Shown one piece after another: positions 23,629 through 27,897 of a stretch of DNA of 27,897 bases. The notes below the pieces were generated by a model, which saw only the letters and a program-made list of their open reading frames with translations, was not told the origin of the DNA and did no database searches. The DNA is from Pseudomonadota bacterium (GTDB taxonomy: Bacteria; Pseudomonadota; Alphaproteobacteria; Paracaedibacterales; CAIOTO01). Location: assembly GCA_040387495.1 (NCBI GenBank), contig JAZKDQ010000018.1, positions 62,001-89,897 on the forward strand. Reading direction: 5' to 3'. Both the position numbers and the translations under genes were made by a program. Position 1 is the first letter of the stretch, and each line of letters starts with the position of its first letter.

Positions 23629-25269
23629 TTACAAGAGCATCCTGGCACGAGGTGATATTTGAGTAACTATAATATTGATATACGTCTCGATCGAATCTTT
23701 GCTTATATATTTTTTAATAAATTCTCTACCTGAATTTGCGATTTCCTGTGCTTTCGCTGGATTTTCTTCTAAAAAATTATAGATATCTTTCAGATTTGAA
23801 ATATCATTATTTATTTTTAAATGCGTTTTGCCATCTTGCAATAATGGATGAAAATATTGATCGCATATGTGTTGCATTAATAGGACTCCGCCTGTAGCCA
23901 TAATTAATAAGGGTCTCCCCCATGCTGCACCGTAACCATCACAACTTAATAAATATTTATAATGTGCATGGGTATTCCAATCAGCAAAATCTAATCCGTT
24001 CTGTTTTAGGTCTTTCTCATAATAAGCAATAAATTCAGGATCACTATGACAAGCTATCATTTTGTCATCTGATAATCTGAAATTTAAAAAAGAGAATTCT
24101 TTTGATCGCGACAACAAATGAAGGCGAGGATTCATCTGGATTGTCTGTTTAGTATATGGAAACAATGTTCCTGATGGACTTCCCCTAAAGAAAATTTCCG
24201 GAATCTTTTGACTTATCCTTTTGCTTTTGCTTACCTGCCATTTTATCTGCTCCAAATTATCTATTAAATACGGATCTGGGATAAGAACATAGTGCTGTGA
24301 ATATGTAACATTAGGATGCCTGCAAAAACCTAAAACTGGTGCTTTTTTAAATAAATTAGTTAAGTTTTGATTGTGTGTACAATACCGGTAACCAAAGAAA
24401 TAAGGTTCAAAGGTATGTAAAATTATTTTTCTAAAATGGATGTTAGATAAATTTTTATTAAGTAATTGGGTGTACAAACCTCCTCTAAATGAGAAAGTAT
24501 GGATATAATTTTTATCGCTAGACGCTAACACTCTATATGAAAAAAAGTCTTCTTGGTCTTTTTTATAAATTAGACAAAATCCGCTATCGATATTATTTTC
24601 TTCAATATACGTTACGGCTCTATCTACATCCTCTTCTGCATAACCATTTGAAAATCGTGCTGTTTGAATGTTTGCCAACGTTTCAAGTTCTTCATAACTC
24701 GCCGCTTGTACGTTATGACACCTGCCAGTATTTTTGGTTATATCTGTGGTAAATTGCACCTTAAGAATCTCTGTTTCATTATCCCATTGAAAATTGGGAC
24801 TATTGTTTAAGCCAGCACAACAATGTGGAAAAGGTAATTCAACACTTACGCTTTGTGCAGCACCTATTTTAATTGTTTTTTTTTGAAAGATTGGTAAAGA
24901 AATCACTCTGTCTCTGGAATTTCTAACGTTTAATGTTATGAATGTATTTCCATTGTCTTCATCATAAAAAAAATGTCCTGATAGTGATTCTACTGTTTTT
25001 CGTTCTCCTGGTGCCATTTCAGCGAGATAATGACTTATAAAATCAAACTTTATTTGTATTGGTAATGGATTAGAAAATTCAACTTTTTGATGCCGTGAGT
25101 CTTTGAAAATTTCATGGGTAGTTTCCATAGCCATTAGTGCTGAAAATTTATTTATAAATATCAACATTGACAATACATATATGCACACCCGTTTTACAAA
25201 ACGGATTTTTTGCATCATTAACCAGGCATTTAATATAACCAGAACCTGACTCATTTTTTCTAAAAGCAC
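23629..25269 (-). CDS. Glycosyltransferase family 90 (CAP10/POGLUT/LpsA-like) C-terminal domain with unknown N-terminal domain; true start possibly ATG 25218
   Basis: FFRGSPSG, PR..L, HAHYKYLLSCDGYGAAWGR, YFHPLL..G..HL, A.EIA.SG..F; signal-like segment MMQKIRFVKRVCIYVLSMLIFINKFSALMA. Confidence 0.8.
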   Translation of the reverse strand: MLLEKMSQVLVILNAWLMMQKIRFVKRVCIYVLSMLIFINKFSALMAMETTHEIFKDSRHQKVEFSNPLPIQIKFDFISHYLAEMAPGERKTVESLSGHFFYDEDNGNTFITLNVRNSRDRVISLPIFQKKTIKIGAAQSVSVELPFPHCCAGLNNSPNFQWDNETEILKVQFTTDITKNTGRCHNVQAASYEELETLANIQTARFSNGYAEEDVDRAVTYIEENNIDSGFCLIYKKDQEDFFSYRVLASSDKNYIHTFSFRGGLYTQLLNKNLSNIHFRKIILHTFEPYFFGYRYCTHNQNLTNLFKKAPVLGFCRHPNVTYSQHYVLIPDPYLIDNLEQIKWQVSKSKRISQKIPEIFFRGSPSGTLFPYTKQTIQMNPRLHLLSRSKEFSFLNFRLSDDKMIACHSDPEFIAYYEKDLKQNGLDFADWNTHAHYKYLLSCDGYGAAWGRPLLIMATGGVLLMQHICDQYFHPLLQDGKTHLKINNDISNLKDIYNFLEENPAKAQEIANSGREFIKKYISKDSIETYINIIVTQISPRARMLL

Positions 25270-26126
25270 GATATTTTAGCCTTGATAAAATAATAAATTA
25301 AACTCAATATTTTATATAATATGCAAAAAATTAGAGTAAAAACAGCAAAAATAGTTTTATAAACAATCGCTTAAAACACAGTTGCACAACCATTTAGATC
25401 TCTGAAAGCATACTTTTAATGACCAATAATTGTTAGTTTTTCGTCATTAACTAAAATTTTATCAAAGTAATAATATTTAAAGATGAAAAAATATACAATC
25501 GCAGTATTTTTTAACTAAGCATGCATTTTCTTTTCTAAAGTAAGCAGATTTTAAACATAAAAAGGTGTTTTTTTCTTTCTAAATATAGCATTGCGCACAT
25601 CAGGAAATTATTTTTTTATCCGCAGAAATGTCTAAGATTAATTATCATATAAGGTATGGTTTTAACGAAAATTCATGCAGACTAATACGTTCAAAACACA
25701 TAAGGAGACGGTTGAATTTCCCTCCCATGCGAACATACGTTCAATTTTTGAAACCATGCTTGAAAAATATCATTATCATACTTCCTTTTGCGACACCGTT
25801 TTATTTTTTTTTACGGTTGCGTGGATTCTCTTTTATGTTTGCCGTTGTGCCCGTATTAAAAAACTTTTTACGTGTTGGGGTATTATGGGTAGCTGTTAAA
25901 GAATATGCCGTGTTTTTTTGTATACTCACATTTTATTTATGCCATCAAAGCATAGGAAAGCAAAGAGTTTCTTCAATAAATTACATGAGCAATCAGTGTT
26001 TGCACTTTCTGAAGCGCTTTAAAAAAATTAATCAAAAATAAGATAATTAATTATCAATAATTTTAATTGATTTTTTAAAAAATAAACCTTAAGATTTTTA
26101 TAACAAGTTTCTTTAAGGTTGGTGTT

Positions 26127-27897
26127 ATGTCTAATAAAAATTTTGCAATGTTACTAAAACTGAGTGCTTTTGCTTTTGTATCTATAGGTTCTGTTGCCGC
26201 AAGCGGTGGTCAACAAACAACATATCCGTATACCGTTTTTGATGATGCGGATTTAATTGAAGAAGAAATTGTCCCTACGGATAGCACTCATGCAACCATT
26301 ACTGATACTTTTAGCAACACATACACGACATATAACTCTCCATATTTATATTACCATCCTGGGTCAGGGCATTATTCTAACACTTCACAATCTGGATATT
26401 TACCCACGAGCTCTACCTATAGTACGTACACGAGTACATCGAGGGCTGTTTACGCTGCACCTGTTACAGTTAGTGGTGGCGATGCTGACAATCCTGCCAG
26501 TGCCGCTGCATTAGCAGCTCTGCCTACTGATGGAACACAAGGCCAAGTCAGCGGTGTGTTTAATTCAACGGCTGATCAAATAATAGCCGCACCACTAGTT
26601 GCTACAGCCCCTGCAACATTTAAGGCTAATACTGGTATCATAAATACATTTAATGCTCCATTGGCATCCACACCTTTAATTTCAATAACCTTTGAGGGGG
26701 GCGGAAACGCGATTACAACACCAAACCCAAATTTAATGGGCCCTATTAATGTGACAGGATCTGCACTTTCCCTCAGCGGCGGTGCGAATCTTGGTACAGG
26801 TCCGCTTAACTTAACAAGCGCTAGTGGCACGCCAGCTAGACTTAATTTAGGTGCAAATTTAGGCGACAGCGTTACATTAAACAACCAATTCAATTTAAAT
26901 GATTCGGCTGCCGTAAGTGCCGCAAATCCAACACAAGTCGTTGTTCCAGCTAATGCACAAGCGATATTGGCTGGCCCTATCGTTGGGACCGCACAACTGA
27001 AGTTTACTGGCGCTGGCAAAACCATCCTAAGTGACACATCGGGGAACAGCGCAAACTATTCTGGCAAATTAAATGTGGCATCAGGTACCCTTGTCCCGAC
27101 TGGTGACTACAGCAAAGCAACTGTTGAGATTCGTCCTGGAGCAATTTTGGGTATGAGTGGTTCATCAGGTAAAGTAGGCGCTGTTACTCTATCTACAGGT
27201 TCGAGCGTACATGGAACTTTACCAACTGATAGGCTTTCTGCAAAATCCTGGGCAAACGTTGGTACAACGTATAACACGCCAGTAAGTAATACAGGCGGAG
27301 CGAGCGGGGCTACTGTTACTGATAATGCTACACTAACTAATCCTACTTTTAACATTTTAATGACACATGGCACCTATCCACGAGGTGTTATCGATTATAA
27401 TGTATTGCAAGCAGGCGGGACACTAACGGTAACAGGAAGAGTAACACTGAACTGGGTCAATCCTGCTCATGGAGACGGAGGAGTCACCAATCCAATCACC
27501 TGCACGATAGGAACACTCACAAAAACTACCAGTGGTGTGCTAACAAACTACTTAGTCGTAAAAGCATCACTAGCAGACGCTGTTACAGTTGGGGCGGATC
27601 AAACAACTACTAATGGCAGTGGAATTTTAGTAATTGACACGTCAGTAACACCACTAACTAATATCATTATTGCATCAACAGACATCGTTTCTGCTGACAG
27701 CGGCCTTCTCCCTGATACGGCTCCTGTTGCAGATCAAGTGGAATTGACTAACCTCGTTTTCCAGAACAACCCGACGTCTGATGACGCTGTCTCATCTGCC
27801 GTAGGCGATGCATTCCGCTTTAAAGGATTCTCATCCAGCAAAACGCCATCCGTATCTGGCAAAAAAGATGCCATAGAAACCTTACTGACTGCACTTT
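26127..27897 (+). CDS. Autotransporter-type adhesin passenger, 3'-truncated (absent from the ORF track)
   Basis: Hand translation is open from ATG 26127 to the window end (590 codons): signal peptide MSNKNFAMLLKLSAFAFVSIGSVAA, Thr/Gly/Asn-rich beta-helix-like sequence, PATR-like LKFTGAGKTILSDTSGNSANYSGKLNVASGTL. Confidence 0.85.
   Translation, partial: MSNKNFAMLLKLSAFAFVSIGSVAASGGQQTTYPYTVFDDADLIEEEIVPTDSTHATITDTFSNTYTTYNSPYLYYHPGSGHYSNTSQSGYLPTSSTYSTYTSTSRAVYAAPVTVSGGDADNPASAAALAALPTDGTQGQVSGVFNSTADQIIAAPLVATAPATFKANTGIINTFNAPLASTPLISITFEGGGNAITTPNPNLMGPINVTGSALSLSGGANLGTGPLNLTSASGTPARLNLGANLGDSVTLNNQFNLNDSAAVSAANPTQVVVPANAQAILAGPIVGTAQLKFTGAGKTILSDTSGNSANYSGKLNVASGTLVPTGDYSKATVEIRPGAILGMSGSSGKVGAVTLSTGSSVHGTLPTDRLSAKSWANVGTTYNTPVSNTGGASGATVTDNATLTNPTFNILMTHGTYPRGVIDYNVLQAGGTLTVTGRVTLNWVNPAHGDGGVTNPITCTIGTLTKTTSGVLTNYLVVKASLADAVTVGADQTTTNGSGILVIDTSVTPLTNIIIASTDIVSADSGLLPDTAPVADQVELTNLVFQNNPTSDDAVSSAVGDAFRFKGFSSSKTPSVSGKKDAIETLLTAL

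Noticed and set aside
25628..26041. ORFs 25628-26041 and 25675-25899, and a possible minus-strand pseudogene
   Set aside because: No recognisable motif in the frames I translated and AT-biased composition; a decayed gene cannot be excluded without a search
26257..27373. Short ORFs 26257-26514, 26576-27037 and 27107-27373
   Set aside because: Off-frame or antisense shadows of the autotransporter CDS

Overview
AT-rich alphaproteobacterial chromosomal segment. Gene content and secreted-protein style suggest a Holosporales/Rickettsiales-like host-associated lineage (inference). It contains the end of a flagellar region (3' part of flhB; sigma54-driven fliC, giant fliD and fliS), tRNA-Ile2(CAU), rpoH, yqgE/algH, four paralogous beta-barrel OMP genes in two tandem pairs, ubiA, rsmE, rpmB, the tRNA-Cys/pcm/tolC/popZ cluster, rluC, yciI, a GT90-like glycosyltransferase and the 5' part of an autotransporter that the ORF track missed. 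The most striking feature is a family of CGTC/GTCAT-tagged palindromic repeats (17 full units plus 1 partial, 10.2-21.5 kb). They occur as inverted L/R pairs, and in one pair the spacer is replaced by a stand-alone GIY-YIG nuclease gene inside a three-layer mirror-symmetric array, which resembles a REPIN/RAYT system with a GIY-YIG enzyme. Also notable: two adjacent secreted proteins sharing an unrecognised ~60-aa C-terminal domain, tandem RPE-like hairpins with compensatory ends in the tRNA-Cys leader, and a FliD with triplicated and nested duplicated domains. All alignments were done by eye; no database searches were run.
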